DNA of 64,000 nucleotides, taken from NCBI GenBank assembly GCA_002011125.2, contig MTMF02000009.1, positions 1,480,989-1,544,988 on the forward strand, written 5' to 3'. Both the position numbers and the translations under genes were made by a program. Below, in pieces: positions 20,964 to 30,875 of this stretch (position 1 is its first letter; the number at the start of each line of letters is the position of its first letter). The notes below the pieces were generated by a model. That model had not been told where the DNA came from, ran no database searches, and saw only the letters and a list, made by a program, of their open reading frames with translations. The DNA is from Candidatus Hydrothermarchaeum profundi (lineage in GTDB: Archaea; Hydrothermarchaeota; Hydrothermarchaeia; Hydrothermarchaeales; Hydrothermarchaeaceae).

Positions 20964-21866
20964 ATGATGTTATCAATCGAACTTTGCGGTTTATCTTTAA
21001 GAAATCCTACAATTCTTGCTTCGGGGATTTTAGGTTCAACTGGAGCTACGTTAAACCGTGTCGCTAGAAATGGTGCTGGCGCTGTCGTTACAAAATCTAT
21101 TGGTGCTAAACCCCGGGATGGTTATCCGAATCCGACGGTATTAGAACTACGCCAAGGCTTACTAAACGCTATTGGACTTGCTAATCCGGGGTATAACAAT
21201 TTTGAGGAAGAAATTAAAGTCGCGAAAAGAGGAGGAGTTCCTATTATAGTTAGCATATTTGGCTTTGATATAGGTGAGTTCGTCGAGGTTGCCAAGGCAG
21301 TCCAAAATTTTGGAGCAGACGCAGTTGAATTAAACCTCTCCTGTCCGCATGTAAAGGAAACTGGAGCGTACTTTGGGACTGATCCTGAAATCACTTATGA
21401 GCTAGTTAAAGCTATTAAAAGAGAAATAAAGATTCCAGTAATACCCAAACTCACGGCAAATGTAAATGATATTGTAGAAATCGCTAAGGCATGTGAAGAT
21501 GCGGGTTGTGACGGAATTACTGCCATAAACACCTTAAGAGCTATGCAAATAGATATTCGAGCGAAAAAGCCTGTACTCGGGAATAAGGTTGGGGGATTAA
21601 GTGGGCCTATGATCAAGCCTATAGCAGTAAGATGCGTTTATGAAATAGCTAATGAAGTCGAAGTTCCTATTGTAGGATGTGGAGGAATAATAAACGGACA
21701 AGATGCGGTTGAGTTTATTTTGGCAGGAGCTTCTGCCGTAGAAATCGGCACCGGTATATACTTTAGAGGTATAAGCATTTTTGAAATGGTTTGTAATGAG
21801 ATTTCAAGCTATATGAAAGAGGAGGGCTATGAAACCATTAGCGAGATGGTGGGGGCGGCCCTCTAA
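20964..21866 (+). CDS. pyrD: Dihydroorotate dehydrogenase, family 1B catalytic subunit
   Basis: NAIGLANPG, ELNLSCPH, AINT, GGLSGP.IKP. Confidence 0.95.
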   Translation: MMLSIELCGLSLRNPTILASGILGSTGATLNRVARNGAGAVVTKSIGAKPRDGYPNPTVLELRQGLLNAIGLANPGYNNFEEEIKVAKRGGVPIIVSIFGFDIGEFVEVAKAVQNFGADAVELNLSCPHVKETGAYFGTDPEITYELVKAIKREIKIPVIPKLTANVNDIVEIAKACEDAGCDGITAINTLRAMQIDIRAKKPVLGNKVGGLSGPMIKPIAVRCVYEIANEVEVPIVGCGGIINGQDAVEFILAGASAVEIGTGIYFRGISIFEMVCNEISSYMKEEGYETISEMVGAAL

Positions 21867-22393
21867 TGCTTGAGGCACTAAAAAAAATAGAAGAGAGAAT
21901 ACAACTTTCTCCGGTTCAGAAAATTCTTTTAACGACGGATGGTTCTATTACTCGAATCCTTGAAGCTCTCACAGGGGAGGAGGTATCTATATCTACTGAG
22001 AAGCAAGAAGTAATAAAGGCAGATGAAGAGATAGCAACTAAGCTGCAAATTGAAGTAGGAGGCGAGGTAAATTTTAGAGTTGTAAATATTCGGTCTTCAG
22101 GTGGGGTATTAATGCATGCGATTTCTTACACTCCCCTAAAAAGGCTTAAAAAAAAGTTTAGGGAGGATATAATGAAGGCTGATATTCCTATAGGCAAAAT
22201 AATGGCACGGTTAAAAATTGAAGCACGAAGAGAAATAATGGATATGGGGATTATAGAGGCGGATGAAAGATTTAGCCAACTTTTCAGTGTGAAAAAAGGC
22301 TCTTTTCTTTTAAAAAGGACCTATAATATAATCCATAATAATGAGATACTCTTGAATATCACAGAGATATTCCCATATGAGGCATTCAGATGA
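21866..22393 (+). CDS. Chorismate pyruvate-lyase-like / DUF98 (UTRA fold) protein
   Basis: ILLTTDGSITRILE, DIPIGKI..LKIEARREI, ITEIFP; directly upstream of mptG. Confidence 0.8.
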   Translation: MLEALKKIEERIQLSPVQKILLTTDGSITRILEALTGEEVSISTEKQEVIKADEEIATKLQIEVGGEVNFRVVNIRSSGGVLMHAISYTPLKRLKKKFREDIMKADIPIGKIMARLKIEARREIMDMGIIEADERFSQLFSVKKGSFLLKRTYNIIHNNEILLNITEIFPYEAFR

Positions 22394-23319
22394 GAATAAA
22401 AACTCCTTCAAGAATCCATATGACTTTAATTGATTTAAATGCATCCATAGGAAGGATAGACGGAGGTATAGGCCTAGCGTTAGAAGAGCCCCATATACTA
22501 CTAGAAGCTGAGGAAAGTGGAGAGTTAGAAATCGAAGGCCCTCTGTCAGATAAAGCAAAAGAGGCCGCTCTTAAGGTTTTGGAGGCATATAGAATAGACG
22601 CGGGTATAAGGATAAATATTGAAAAAGCCTACACGCCTCATATAGGTCTTGGTTCAGGGACACAAATCTCCCTTGCTGTAGGAACGGCGATTTGCAGGAT
22701 TTATAAGAAAAATTTCACGATAAAGGGGCTCGCTAGAATGGTCGGAAGAGGAGGCACATCCGGTATAGGGGTGGCCGCATTTGAGGCCGGGGGTTTTATC
22801 TTAGATGGAGGTCATTCTACGAAGGAGAAAAAGGATTTCCTACCTTCTTCGGCATCAAAGGCAGCACCTGCTCCAGTGATTTTAAGGAGGAACTTTCCAA
22901 ATTGGGATATTGCCCTCATTATACCGCGAAGAAGAAGGAGAATAAGTGGGGTTAGAGAAGTTAACATATTCCAAGAATTTTGTCCTCTCCCTATCAATGA
23001 AGTTCAGGGCCTTTGTCACTTAATCTTAATGAAGATTCTGCCGGCATTAGCGGATGAGGATATCGAAAGCTTTGGCGATGGCATCAATAAAATCCAAAAT
23101 ATCGGGTTTAAAAAAATAGAGGTAGAACTTCAAACTAAGGAGGTTAGAGAACTTCTTAAGACTTGCAGTGAGTACTCATATGGCGCTGGACTAAGCTCTT
23201 TTGGTCCAACAATTTACTGTTTGGTGAGAGATGAAAGGAAGCTTCTTGATGCAGTAGGTGAAAAGGCAGAAGTTATAATTACAAAAGCAAATAATAGTGG
23301 GGCCAAAATCGGTGATTAA
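22390..23319 (+). CDS. mptG: beta-RFA-P synthase (methanopterin biosynthesis, GHMP family)
   Basis: TPSRIH.TLIDL, H.GLGSGTQ, GRGGTSGIG, GGFILDGGH, SSFGPT. Confidence 0.92.
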   Translation: MRIKTPSRIHMTLIDLNASIGRIDGGIGLALEEPHILLEAEESGELEIEGPLSDKAKEAALKVLEAYRIDAGIRINIEKAYTPHIGLGSGTQISLAVGTAICRIYKKNFTIKGLARMVGRGGTSGIGVAAFEAGGFILDGGHSTKEKKDFLPSSASKAAPAPVILRRNFPNWDIALIIPRRRRRISGVREVNIFQEFCPLPINEVQGLCHLILMKILPALADEDIESFGDGINKIQNIGFKKIEVELQTKEVRELLKTCSEYSYGAGLSSFGPTIYCLVRDERKLLDAVGEKAEVIITKANNSGAKIGD

Positions 23320-24055
23320 AGGGAGATTTCTTTATAATAATAAGGCCGTAGAAGGCATCTTCAAGGACGGTAAGATTGAGATCGATGGATTTGATCTGGG
23401 ATTAAGTCAAGTAAAATTTTTACCTCCAGTCATGCCGTCTAAAATCATCTGTGTAGGCTTGAACTATGAGGATCATGCTAAGGAGCTTAAGATGGATATA
23501 CCTGATGAACCGATAATATTTCTTAAGCCTCCTTCTGCCGTTATAGGGCATGAAGATAATATAGTCTATCCGAGGATCTCTCGCAGAGTAGATTACGAAG
23601 CAGAGCTAGGTGTAGTAATTGGTAAAAAGTGCAAGGATGTTAAAGAAGATGAGGCTGCTGATGTTATTTTAGGGTACACCGCTTTTAACGATATAACTGC
23701 GAGAGATTTACAGAAAAAAGACGGACAATGGACTAGGGCAAAAAGCTTCGACACATTTGCACCACTAGGCCCATACATCGTGACTCAGGATGAAATCGCA
23801 GATCCTCAGAAACTTAGTATAAAATTGTTTTTGAACGGTGAGCTAAAGCAAGACTCAAGCACACGAAATTTTATTTTTGAAATTCCTTATCTGATAGAGT
23901 TCATTTCTGGTATAATGACGTTACAACCAGGGGATATAATTGCTACTGGAACTCCTCCTGGAGTAGGCCCGATGAAGGTAGGGGATATTATTGAGATAGA
24001 GATTGATAAAATTGGGGTATTACGGAATTACGTTTCAAGCAGGGCGGAGAGGTAG
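23312..24055 (+). CDS. Fumarylacetoacetate hydrolase family protein
   Basis: KIICVGLNY.DHA, DYEAEL, NDITARDLQ, AKSFDTF.PLGP, TGTPPGVG. Confidence 0.92.
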   Translation: MIKGRFLYNNKAVEGIFKDGKIEIDGFDLGLSQVKFLPPVMPSKIICVGLNYEDHAKELKMDIPDEPIIFLKPPSAVIGHEDNIVYPRISRRVDYEAELGVVIGKKCKDVKEDEAADVILGYTAFNDITARDLQKKDGQWTRAKSFDTFAPLGPYIVTQDEIADPQKLSIKLFLNGELKQDSSTRNFIFEIPYLIEFISGIMTLQPGDIIATGTPPGVGPMKVGDIIEIEIDKIGVLRNYVSSRAER

Positions 24056-24064
24056 AGTAATTGT

Positions 24065-24811
24065 TTATCGGAGAAATGTCCACTCTTCGTTACTATATTT
24101 TTTCTCAGCTAGTTCTTCTGCTCGTGAAATTTCTTTCTCATTTAACTCCCCTCTATAGACGTCTTTCCCGTAAGAAAATCCCTCCCATAAGGCTTTCACT
24201 ACTTCGCTGTAATCTACGTCCACGATTCTAGTTATACTCGTCACTCGCTCCTCAATTTTTTTTATTAATTTGTCAGAAATCTTTTCTTGGGAAATTCGTA
24301 GAACTGAGAACATTACTTCCAAATTTAAGTCATAAAGTATTGTACCATGCTGAAGGACTACGCCTTTTCTCCTAGTTTGAGCGTTTCCAGAGATTTTTTT
24401 CCCATCTACAATGATGTCGTTTATAGGCTGAAAACTTGATTCTATTCCCAATGTTTCAAGGGAACGCGCTATCCAGCCGCATATCTCGCGATAAGATTTT
24501 GTTATGTCTCTTGGTAATAATTCTTCAGGGGCTAGCACGCTATAAGTGATCTCTCCATTGTAATCGTGATATACAGCACCTCCACCCGTAATTCTCCTTA
24601 CTACATCAATACCCAGTTTCCTACATTTATCGATATCGACTACTTCTCTGATTCGTTGAAATCTGCCTATAGACACTGCACTTGGTCTCCATCTATAAAA
24701 TCTTACTGTGGGGGGAGATGCTCCTTGAGCTATTTTTTCAAGTATCACTTCATCTATAGCCATATTGATTTTCGCTGGGTAGGTTTGAGTAGGTATAAAC
24801 CTCCATTTCAC
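24065..24811 (-). CDS. lplA: Lipoate-protein ligase, catalytic subunit
   Basis: NMAIDE, VRRITGGGAVYHD, KKISGNAQ, QHGT; GTG start overlaps the lplB stop. Confidence 0.9.
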   Translation of the reverse strand: MKWRFIPTQTYPAKINMAIDEVILEKIAQGASPPTVRFYRWRPSAVSIGRFQRIREVVDIDKCRKLGIDVVRRITGGGAVYHDYNGEITYSVLAPEELLPRDITKSYREICGWIARSLETLGIESSFQPINDIIVDGKKISGNAQTRRKGVVLQHGTILYDLNLEVMFSVLRISQEKISDKLIKKIEERVTSITRIVDVDYSEVVKALWEGFSYGKDVYRGELNEKEISRAEELAEKKYSNEEWTFLR

Positions 24812-25092
24812 TTCAAAGCCTCCCATACCGTTTCAGCTAAGTCTTTCTCCGTAAAGCCTATTAACTCAATATTTTTTTTGAAGATAACTTTGTTTAAGCG
24901 CTCTTCAATCTCCACAGGGGTAGCGTTTTTGTCCAATCCTACTAAGGCGTTTTCGAGGTCTTCTATACTCTCTCCAGGGATAAGAAAAAAATCTCCTGAG
25001 ATAATAGCTTTTTCAATAATCGTATCGGTATACCACAGTTCAACTTCTATCAGCTTTCCTCCCTTAACTTTTCTCTTGGCTATTCCCTTCAT
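24808..25092 (-). CDS. lplB: Lipoate-protein ligase accessory (C-terminal domain) subunit
   Basis: KVKGGKLI.V, ISGDFF..P, LE..L.G. Confidence 0.85.
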   Translation of the reverse strand: MKGIAKRKVKGGKLIEVELWYTDTIIEKAIISGDFFLIPGESIEDLENALVGLDKNATPVEIEERLNKVIFKKNIELIGFTEKDLAETVWEALK

Positions 25093-25200
25093 AGCTTGAG
25101 ATAATAATCTTGGGAGTATATTTATCTTTATTTAAACTTAAAAGAAATCTCATACAAAAACTAAGGAGCATGAAGATCTGCGGAATTATGCTGACATTTA

Positions 25201-25830
25201 TTATTCTTTAATTATCCTAAAATCAACTGCAGTTACACCTTTTTCAAATACAAGTAATGGATTAATTTCTGCTTCCTTAACTCGAACTTCTTCGCCTATC
25301 CGAGAAAATCTAGAGATAATCTTAGCTAGAGAATCAATATCTCTTGCAGGCATACCTCTAACTCCCTCAAGCAAAGGATAACTTTTTATTTCTTTAATCA
25401 TCTTCAAAGCTTCTTTTTCATCGATAGGAGCGATTCTATATGTTACATCTTTTAGAACTTCAGTGAAGATTCCTCCGAGCCCGAACATAACAGCGTAGCC
25501 AAAAATCTCATCACTTATAACTCCCACAATAACCTCCGTTCCGCCTTGGTAGTACCTCTGAATCATTACCCCCTCAATCCTTGCTTCTCTACGAAAAGCA
25601 CGGGCATTTTTTATTATTTCTGTAAATGCTGACTCTACTTCCTTTCTAGAGGTTAGATTAAGTTTTACTGCATTTGCATCTGTTTTATGTTGTATGTCCT
25701 TTGATACTATTTTCATTGCCACAGGGTAACCAATTGTTTCTGCAATTCTCACAGCTTCTTTTTCATTGGTTGCTATGTCTCCTTCTGCTACCGGAATACC
25801 AAGTTTTTTTAGAATAACAAACTCATCCAT
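25201..25830 (-). CDS. acdB: ADP-forming acyl-CoA synthetase, beta subunit
   Basis: IGYPVAMKIVS.DI.HKTD, FG..VMFGLGGIF.E, EINPL. Confidence 0.9.
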   Translation of the reverse strand: MDEFVILKKLGIPVAEGDIATNEKEAVRIAETIGYPVAMKIVSKDIQHKTDANAVKLNLTSRKEVESAFTEIIKNARAFRREARIEGVMIQRYYQGGTEVIVGVISDEIFGYAVMFGLGGIFTEVLKDVTYRIAPIDEKEALKMIKEIKSYPLLEGVRGMPARDIDSLAKIISRFSRIGEEVRVKEAEINPLLVFEKGVTAVDFRIIKE

Positions 25831-27169
25831 GTATTATCTTCCCCCTATAGATTAGCGATTTTACCGCTGAAGCTCCTCTCCTAGGATTTGGGTAGGATGG
25901 GATACCTCTTTCGACTAGCATTTTCATGGGTTCTTTTACTCTTTCTCCACCTATCCACGCAGAAATTAGGGGTTTATCTATGAATTTAGAACTCTCGAGT
26001 ATTCCTCTTGCAACTTCCTTAGGGTCTACTAGCGTAGTTTCAACATGGAGGACTACTATTAGATCAATATTTGATTCTCCTAATATCTCTACTGCATTCT
26101 TATATCTCTCAAATCCTCCGTCTCCCAGTACATCTACAGGATTATTGGAGGATGCTATTTCTGGTAATACTCTGCGTAATTTTTCCTTAACTTCAGTTTC
26201 AAGACTTGGAACTTCTGCTCCGAATTCTTCAATTAGATCACTAAACATTACACCGGCTCCTCCACCGTTTGTGATAATCCCTATCCTATTTCCTTTCGCA
26301 GGTTTTTGAAATGATAGCGCTACAGCCATATCAAACAGTTCAGTAGTGTCTTTAGCTATTAGAACCCCGCTTTGTTTAAAAGCCGCTTCGTATAAACTAT
26401 ATTGAGATGTCATAGAGCCTGTATGGGACATAGCTGCCCTAATCCCTCCACTAGTTTTGCCGCCTTTTAATGCTATGATAGGTTTTTTCTTTGAAACTTC
26501 TCTGGCGATTTCAATAAATCTCCTACCATTCTTAAGGCTTTCAACATACATCGCTATAACGCGGGTATCCTTGTCTCTGCCTAAGTAAGATACGAGGTCT
26601 GCGTCATCGATATCCATTTTGTTCCCAGTGCCGATTATCTTACTCATACCAATGTTCTCAGTTTTCATCCACATTATCAATGCTTCAGCCATAGCACCTG
26701 ACTGTGTAATAAACGAAATGTCCCCTCTGTCCGGCATTCCATATGCAAAACTGCAGTTCATATTGTGTTTAGTATTAATAATTCCAAAGGTATTTGGACC
26801 TACTACCCTAAAATTGCAGGCTTTTGCTCTAAAGCATAGTTTTTCCTCTAGGTCCTTTTTACCAATTTCTCGAAAACCAGCTGAAACAACTATAACTCCT
26901 CCTATCTTTTTTTGAAGACATTCAGTAAGGGAACCCTCGACAAGATTAGCCGGAACAGCTATTATTACTAAGTCTAAATCATCGGGTACTTCCCCGATAC
27001 TCTTATAACATTTTAGCCCCATGATCTCTTTGGCGTTTGGGTTAATTGGATAAATCTTGCCAGGAAAGTTGTTTTCTAAAAGATTGTTCACTATCCGATT
27101 GCCTATCTTTTTTGGATTTCTCGATGCCCCTATTATCCCTATAGTTCGGGGATAAAAGAATTTATACAT
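25823..27169 (-). CDS. acdA: ADP-forming acyl-CoA synthetase, alpha subunit
   Basis: IGASR, VGPNTFG, TQSGA, SHTGS, TNGGG.GV, NPVD. Confidence 0.92.
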   Translation of the reverse strand: MYKFFYPRTIGIIGASRNPKKIGNRIVNNLLENNFPGKIYPINPNAKEIMGLKCYKSIGEVPDDLDLVIIAVPANLVEGSLTECLQKKIGGVIVVSAGFREIGKKDLEEKLCFRAKACNFRVVGPNTFGIINTKHNMNCSFAYGMPDRGDISFITQSGAMAEALIMWMKTENIGMSKIIGTGNKMDIDDADLVSYLGRDKDTRVIAMYVESLKNGRRFIEIAREVSKKKPIIALKGGKTSGGIRAAMSHTGSMTSQYSLYEAAFKQSGVLIAKDTTELFDMAVALSFQKPAKGNRIGIITNGGGAGVMFSDLIEEFGAEVPSLETEVKEKLRRVLPEIASSNNPVDVLGDGGFERYKNAVEILGESNIDLIVVLHVETTLVDPKEVARGILESSKFIDKPLISAWIGGERVKEPMKMLVERGIPSYPNPRRGASAVKSLIYRGKIIHG

Positions 27170-27343
27170 AGTTTTAGGATTAAAGCACTTTATTAAAAAA
27201 TTAATCTATGAGTGTATGTGGAGTTCTAGAAAAACTTTTTTGATTGTATAGAAAAAAGTCTGTTGATATGCTAAGAATTGGTAGGTTGTATGAATATAAA
27301 AAAATAAAAAACTTCGAGTGAGAATATAAGAATTCTGCCGACT

Positions 27344-28249
27344 ATGCTAAAGTCGAAAGTTTATATAATAAAGACGGATGACAGATTAAATGGAGTCACT
27401 GAGTTATTAAAAAAAGAGGGACTAAATAACCCTAGAGGGAAAAAAGTTGCTATAAAAGCAAATTATAACAGTGCAGACCCTTTTCCAGCGTCTACTCACA
27501 TCGATACGCTATCTGCTATAATAGATTTTCTTAAAAATGAGAAGACAGGAAGCATCACTCTAGCGGAAAGAAGTGGGATGGGGCTTACTAGAAAGGTACT
27601 GGAGGACAGGGAGGTCATGGAACTTTCTAAAAGAAAAGGCTTTGACGTTGTAATATTAGACGATTTAGACATTAAAGATTGGAACCAAGTTGATCTCGAA
27701 AATGGACACTGGAGCAGAGGCTTCTTATTCCTAAAAATCTTCCAAGAAGCAGACATTGTGATACAAACTTGTTGTCTAAAGACGCATAGGTTTGGAGGCC
27801 ACTTCACTATGTCGCTAAAGAACAGCGTAGGAATGATAGCAAAATATAACCCTGCAGACGGCTATAACTATATGTCAGAACTTCATACCTCCAGAGATCA
27901 GCGGAAAATGATAGCAGAGATTAATACAGCTTACGAACCCGATTTCATTATTATGGATGCCTTAAAAGGATTTTCTAAAGGAGGCCCAGATATTGGCGAA
28001 TTGATAAACCCCGGGATTTTAATAGCCAGCAAGGATAGGATTGCGATAGATGCTGTTGGAGTAGCTATTCTTAGAATTTATGGCACTACAAGAGAAGTTT
28101 CTAGAGGCAATATATTCCAACAGGAACAAATAGCGAGAGCGGCTGAGTTGGGATTAGGAGCCCGCGGGCCTAATGAAATAGAAGTTGTCCCTATCAATGA
28201 TGATGCTCAGCAAATCTGCTCTAAAATAGAAGATAAGCTCAAGGAGTAG
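27344..28249 (+). CDS. DUF362 family protein
   Basis: IKANYNS, LKTH..GG.FTMSLKN.VG, D.IA.DAVG. Confidence 0.8.
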   Translation: MLKSKVYIIKTDDRLNGVTELLKKEGLNNPRGKKVAIKANYNSADPFPASTHIDTLSAIIDFLKNEKTGSITLAERSGMGLTRKVLEDREVMELSKRKGFDVVILDDLDIKDWNQVDLENGHWSRGFLFLKIFQEADIVIQTCCLKTHRFGGHFTMSLKNSVGMIAKYNPADGYNYMSELHTSRDQRKMIAEINTAYEPDFIIMDALKGFSKGGPDIGELINPGILIASKDRIAIDAVGVAILRIYGTTREVSRGNIFQQEQIARAAELGLGARGPNEIEVVPINDDAQQICSKIEDKLKE

Positions 28250-28256
28250 TATTTTT

Positions 28257-28877
28257 TTACTTCTTTTTAAGTTCGATTATCTCTACGTCTACGCTACTTT
28301 TACTAATCCTTAATAGCGCAACAGAAGGGCTTGTGAAAAGAGGATTAGTGGGGCTTCCGGGATTTAAAAGTAAAATGTCCCCTTCTTTTTTTATTACTGG
28401 TCGATGAGTATGACCAAAAATTAATACATCGAAATTATTCTCCTTAGCGACTTCTTTTATCTTATCCATTTTGAAGGGAGATAAAGAATTATGGGTCACA
28501 CCAATTCGCCAACCCATAACTTCTAGGGAGTTGACCTCCGGGAATTCAATGGAGGGATAATCCATATTTCCTTTCACTCCTACTACCGGGGCTATTTTTT
28601 CTAACTCAACAATCACTTCAGGGCTTACGAAATCGCCGGCATGAATTATATACTTAGTTTTTTGAAATATCTGGAAAACGGCTGCCGGGATTTCTTTCGC
28701 TCTTGTGGGGACATGAGTATCGGAGATTACTCCTATCTCAATAGTTTCTCCTCTTTCTTCTCCTTCTCTCTTTGTCTTTATCAAACTCTCGCTTTTTGTA
28801 TCTAAAATAAGGCAACTTAGTGTAGAAGAAAGCAACATTGTTATCACGGCTACAATTATTAGAGTTCCCTGTTTCAT
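28257..28877 (-). CDS. YfcE/MJ0936-like metallophosphoesterase with N-terminal hydrophobic anchor
   Basis: ISDTH, HAGD, GNMD, FGHTH, NPGS; N-term LIIVAVITMLLSSTLSC. Confidence 0.88.
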   Translation of the reverse strand: MKQGTLIIVAVITMLLSSTLSCLILDTKSESLIKTKREGEERGETIEIGVISDTHVPTRAKEIPAAVFQIFQKTKYIIHAGDFVSPEVIVELEKIAPVVGVKGNMDYPSIEFPEVNSLEVMGWRIGVTHNSLSPFKMDKIKEVAKENNFDVLIFGHTHRPVIKKEGDILLLNPGSPTNPLFTSPSVALLRISKSSVDVEIIELKKK

Positions 28878-28984
28878 GAGTTTTATATTTTTTATTAGTT
28901 GAGGTTAATAATAGGATCTCAAAATCAAAATTATAGAACCATTTCTACAGAAGATAAGAGATTATTTAACTTCAAAGATTCTTT

Positions 28985-29092
28985 TTACCATTTTCCTTGT
29001 ATATCCTCAACTCCCCACTCTTTTATCCTCTCTTCAAGAATTCTCTTTAAAGCAAGAATTAAAGACCTTTCATCTTCTTCGTTGTATATCAT
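28985..29092 (-). CDS. Possible small protein, 35 aa
   Basis: MIYNEEDERSLILALKRILEERIKEWGVEDIQGKW; purine-rich GGGAGATAGGGA upstream. Confidence 0.35.
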   Translation of the reverse strand: MIYNEEDERSLILALKRILEERIKEWGVEDIQGKW

Positions 29093-29208
29093 TTCCCTAT
29101 CTCCCTTATCCTAACCCCATAAATTTTCCTTAATTACTCTCTTTTTTAGATATAAATAATCCTGTAGAAGTTCCGCTATAATTCTTACTTGTCCTTCAGA
29201 CGTTATAA

Positions 29209-29304
29209 TGGGGGTACTGGGATTTGAACCCAGGTCCGTGGGTTTCTTCCACTTGGAGTGGAACGTCTGGAGCCCACTATGATAGGCCGCTACACCATAC
29301 CCCC
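29209..29304 (-). tRNA. tRNA-Trp(CCA) with a 23-nt intron (29244-29266)
   Basis: Acceptor GGGGGTA/TACCCCC, anticodon stem GTGGG/CCCAC, loop CTCCAG-intron-A, T-loop TTCAAAT. Confidence 0.93.
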
Positions 29305-29359
29305 TTTTGCCAAAAGCTTATAAGCTTTGTTTTCCTATATAAATTTTTGAGTGTGTAAC

Positions 29360-29764
29360 ATGACCAAGGTAAGTGCATATACAATTGAAGAGATTGTCGA
29401 ATTATTGGAAGAAGCGCACTTTGATTTAATAGACTATTTTCAAATCAGAGACGCTGAAAAAAGAAGCCATAAGCTACAGGAATATGAATCACGAGTTAAG
29501 GCTGCTTATGACATGTGCGTTAAGACGATGGGGAAATATCCCGAGGATAGTGAATTTAAGGAATATGTTAACAAGTTCAATAGATTGATGGAGAAAAAAG
29601 CGGAAGGCCTCTCTGTTGAAGATGAGAAGGAGTTACTTGAAAAATTTCTATCTGATATAAGGAGATTTGTTCATTGGAGGAAGCTGGAAATATCTTCAGG
29701 TGAATATCTGCCTTTCAGGGATTATCGCAGCCTTAGAGAGGAAGGGGGAAGGCGGGGTATCTAA
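29360..29764 (+). CDS. Hypothetical helical protein
   Basis: 134-aa charged ORF, convergent with fen1; no motif recognised. Confidence 0.7.
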   Translation: MTKVSAYTIEEIVELLEEAHFDLIDYFQIRDAEKRSHKLQEYESRVKAAYDMCVKTMGKYPEDSEFKEYVNKFNRLMEKKAEGLSVEDEKELLEKFLSDIRRFVHWRKLEISSGEYLPFRDYRSLREEGGRRGI

Positions 29765-30789
29765 AACCACTTCTCTAGGCTAGACTGAGATTTCACCTCT
29801 TTTGTTTTATTTTCTAATTTATCAAGCGCTTTTTTAACTCTGTCGAGAGAGAAGTCTCTTTCAGTGCAAAGGAATTCAATGGTTTTATCCTTGTTGGGCA
29901 GTTCCCAGTTAATTTTGTATTCGTCCGTTACTTCTGGATTTAAAAAGAGTTCTCTTATCTCGTCGATATCAAAATTGATATCTATTTTTTTCTCTCTTAC
30001 TATTGTTTTGAGGTCGCCAAATTCTTTAATTAGAGCGTAGGCTTTTTTAGGGCCTATCCCCTCTACGCCCTTTGGGTTGTAATCAGTGCCTATAAGTATC
30101 GATAAATCAACTAACTGTGCTCTAGTTAACTCCAGCTCTCTTAGTGTTTCCTCCAGAGAGATTAGCTCTGGCTTAATTTCAATGTATGCCTGTTTTCTTG
30201 GGATCTTTCTTCTGCCTGAAATCGTGAGGTTCTTAGCAAGTCTAGGTGATCCAAATAATAGAGAGTCATAATCTTGACTCCCAGTAGCCCATACCTCCCC
30301 CTTGGCAGCCATATAAGCCGCCTGAGCCTCTCCTTCAGAAGGCGCTTGAACCACAGGCACGCCCATATATTTTAAAAGTTTTTTAGAGTCTTCTATCATC
30401 TCCTCTGTAAATCTTGAAGACTGTTGAGCGAATATCCTCGCTTCTTCAAGCCGTCCTTTTGAGACAGCCTCCAGCCATTTTCTTTGAGCCTCATCTCTTA
30501 GCTCTGATCTTTCCTCTACCACCGCTCCCTTTAGCTTAGGCGGCTTTCCATCAAAGACGTAAACAGGTTTTATCCCGAATTCTATTAGATTTACATTCCG
30601 GTAAAAGAGGCCAGAGAGATGACTTGTTATTCTACCTTGAGAATCCATTAGAGGCGTTCCATCAGGTTGCCTAATTATCGATAAGAACTGATATAAAGAG
30701 TTCATAGCGTCTATAGCTATCTTTTTTCCGCTCAATGCCTGAAAATCTATTTCTTTGGCGTTAACGAGTTCCGCAAGTTGTACTCCCAT
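29761..30789 (-). CDS. fen: Flap endonuclease 1
   Basis: MGV.L, YQFLSIIRQPDG, APSEGEAQAA, SQDYDSLLFG, GTDYN, C-terminal PIP box QSSLEKWF. Confidence 0.98.
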   Translation of the reverse strand: MGVQLAELVNAKEIDFQALSGKKIAIDAMNSLYQFLSIIRQPDGTPLMDSQGRITSHLSGLFYRNVNLIEFGIKPVYVFDGKPPKLKGAVVEERSELRDEAQRKWLEAVSKGRLEEARIFAQQSSRFTEEMIEDSKKLLKYMGVPVVQAPSEGEAQAAYMAAKGEVWATGSQDYDSLLFGSPRLAKNLTISGRRKIPRKQAYIEIKPELISLEETLRELELTRAQLVDLSILIGTDYNPKGVEGIGPKKAYALIKEFGDLKTIVREKKIDINFDIDEIRELFLNPEVTDEYKINWELPNKDKTIEFLCTERDFSLDRVKKALDKLENKTKEVKSQSSLEKWF

Positions 30790-30875
30790 ATGATTAAACT
30801 CCTTTTTAAAACTTAAAAAACTTTATATTATCCTTGATTAGAAGATGCCTTTAGTTTAAAATTGAGCGTGGGAAA

